Shown here piece after piece: positions 47,301 through 48,048 of a stretch of 48,048 bases of DNA. The stretch is from an uncultured bacterium (lineage in GTDB: Bacteria > UBA8481): assembly GCA_964499705.1 (NCBI GenBank), contig CAZCME010000002.1, positions 434,001 through 482,048 of the forward strand, read 5' to 3'. How positions within the stretch are numbered: position 1 is the stretch's first letter; each line of letters opens with the position of its first letter. Below the pieces are notes generated by a model, which saw only the letters and a program-made list of their open reading frames with translations, was not told the DNA's origin and made no database searches. The position numbers were made by a program, and so were the translations under genes.

Positions 47301-48048
47301 CTGGAATCGAATAAGCGATTCCCGTTTCCATCGATCCAAATCGAGATCCCGCTCGTGGAATCGCTGACCAATGGGTTGAGAATGAGAGTCGGAAAGCCGC
47401 CCGGAGCAGTTGGATCATCCAGCCGAATTCGCAGCTTATCGAATAAGGCGGAGTCTCCGCCCGTGAAAGTCGTATCCGCTGCCATAAAGCCTAACACCGC
47501 GATGGGCGTACCATCCGTGGGGAGAACGCCGGAATCCGGGAGATTGATCAATTTCACCGGCATTCCGGCCGTCAACAATCCCGTGGTTGCCGGCGGGGGT
47601 TGGCTCACGATCCCCGGGGGTGCGAATGTGAACGCGTCCGCCGGAACCCGGAAGGCAAAATCATCCTTATAAATGAGCGAATCTCCGATGGTCGTTACCA
47701 CGAAAAGATCATTTCCCGCGAGCGTGCCCACGTCTGAGTCTGACATATCGAAGGCGGGCGAAAATGTGAACTTGAATCGCGTCGTCGCTCCAAAGGCCGA
47801 GTCGATCGAAACCACTCCAGATACAACGCTGTCCTTGGAATCGAAAATCCCCGTGGAATCGCCGTTATCCTGGAAGACGGCCAATCCAGCCCCCTTCGCC
47901 ATGAGCGATGAAGGGAAGCGCGCCAAGTCCGCCCTCGTGTCGAAGTCTCCAAGAACCACGCCGGAATCGATGGCGTCCACAAGGAGAGAGACGATCGAGA
48001 TGCCGCCGCCCGTATCGATAGCATTGATGCCGAAGAGGGCGATTTCAT
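44336..48048 (-). CDS. Giant Ser/Thr/Asp-rich repetitive surface/secreted protein with a C-terminal T9SS-like sorting domain (5' end lies beyond the window)
   Basis: The frame stays open past 47980 to the edge (..EIALFGINAIDTGGG..). Repeated modules; two PNxFSPNxDGxxDT motifs; C-terminal FYNIAGDRL..WNAANDAGQTLRNGVYI. Confidence 0.8.
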   Translation of the reverse strand, partial: EIALFGINAIDTGGGISIVSLLVDAIDSGVVLGDFDTRADLARFPSSLMAKGAGLAVFQDNGDSTGIFDSKDSVVSGVVSIDSAFGATTRFKFTFSPAFDMSDSDVGTLAGNDLFVVTTIGDSLIYKDDFAFRVPADAFTFAPPGIVSQPPPATTGLLTAGMPVKLINLPDSGVLPTDGTPIAVLGFMAADTTFTGGDSALFDKLRIRLDDPTAPGGFPTLILNPLVSDSTSGISIWIDGNGNRLFDSSVLLDTPIPVASYTYQSANVLDIDLVNANGPVFDTDPYGFRSDTAAVFFLVLRASSFGLDHQVQVTIQAVSSPAEPWVKFTAPTDPGLNITPNALTIAPAGVSGVFTPNTFSPNADGITDTVAVTLSIIAGNTDSRWTLTATKKTSGQSSTLGNGAFDSTIIIAKAAAAGNPVTFAWPSAFVGGGAFALSFSYDRSGTSKTFDFSDTLVVDLFCTAPILVSTLPTVITTGNTVAVSISADTDRSSLDKFALTAGESVATYFIYRQDGNVATLLATGTLSNFVASNVSVNLQGGNNTLIANLRDTYGNWSDTRTLGTIQLSVGTNQAIVQDLLTDASKLWLGKGESTAVFGFNLTQDLPNEFVTALTVKIFDSGGFAYGQNITDVPVTGTYPDTAGLLLYRDNTTGGTKGSWDTTDALVPINPPQRNNSFVSGDTIRIVPQSPLPVPADDTSATTQGFDYFLVVYGGGGRFYRDSFVVVMDANTAFEFASASSTRSNLTTNVRTSPILTRIPRTFVDRTAAHDSILIGANMTEILGVNVSDSTRSSDGLAALTSITLDFTVAAGDTLNPAILAYAVYRDSGPSNIGSFDLSTDSEVTSVTSFLSSTKVKLTLSGANSDIPNSDAGNDSGADFWVTIRPSVISLSQSNKFTVSIPAGNVVTTGDSPGGPGVAGSTKITIPAGGLTTSISPNPFSPNGDGFFDTAGYSISFADTRGFRLVLNRVTNNDTFYNVLRYGKDTTFVFASSDTTGWTTDEYKITITDTVTNSSSSEATLLVADIKALTPTLATTPASTTSGTTLSVTIRVSEIVENSVQRATSKSERDSFALAFTISSSTLGDTYDTTFSALTSSSVDVSRTIPIFSGANTVRVTLIDKVGNRDSSLTFTVNSASAITGNIGFEGNSPLFRYTPANPNFTFSFPTTVTGGTMEFYNIAGDRLRLITLPAGVSTIDWNAANDAGQTLRNGVYIIKFKVPLSDGRTVEESRTIFLLK

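Overview
GC-rich bacterial chromosomal window (low-to-mid 60s % GC by eye), densely coding, with about 42 genes. I found no rRNA, tRNA, CRISPR array or intact transposase. The cell looks diderm (PorV-like beta-barrels, lipoproteins); the lineage cannot be assigned from this window alone. Left end: a probable single-chain archaeo-eukaryotic primase (PriS-like AEP motifs plus a PriL-like 4-Cys tail) sits divergent from a translationally coupled four-gene operon. That operon encodes a glutaminase-less asparagine-synthase-like PP-loop enzyme, Elp3, a GH26 hydrolase and a GH-A-clan lipoprotein that appears to lack its nucleophile. Next is an AAA+ ATPase whose near-consensus sigma70 promoter lies inside a 41-bp palindrome. 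Middle: rplY-pth-TPR, hemL-comF, PPi-dependent PFK, ptsP, GH57/DUF4912, bioB with a SsuABC-type transporter, three sensor kinases (one without its phospho-His), the F420 genes cofD-cofC-cofE-npdG, metK, a DnaD-like/DnaC-like pair, a minimal GGQ rescue factor and a TrmH-family methyltransferase. Right end: a T9SS-like cluster with two PorV-like barrels fused to a TolB-N/FlgO-like domain, a secreted double-HKD PLD-family enzyme, and a giant repetitive surface protein cut by the window edge. Non-coding features include a 103-bp element with perfect 29-bp inverted repeats, three 7-bp-period repeat tracts at gene junctions, a G-T wobble hairpin and several leaderless-type promoters. The strongest novel-system candidates are the AsnB-like/Elp3 pair (possible cm5U to ncm5U amidation), the fused PriSL-like primase, and the PorV-fusion/cargo cluster. 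All family calls come from motif recognition by eye, not database searches.
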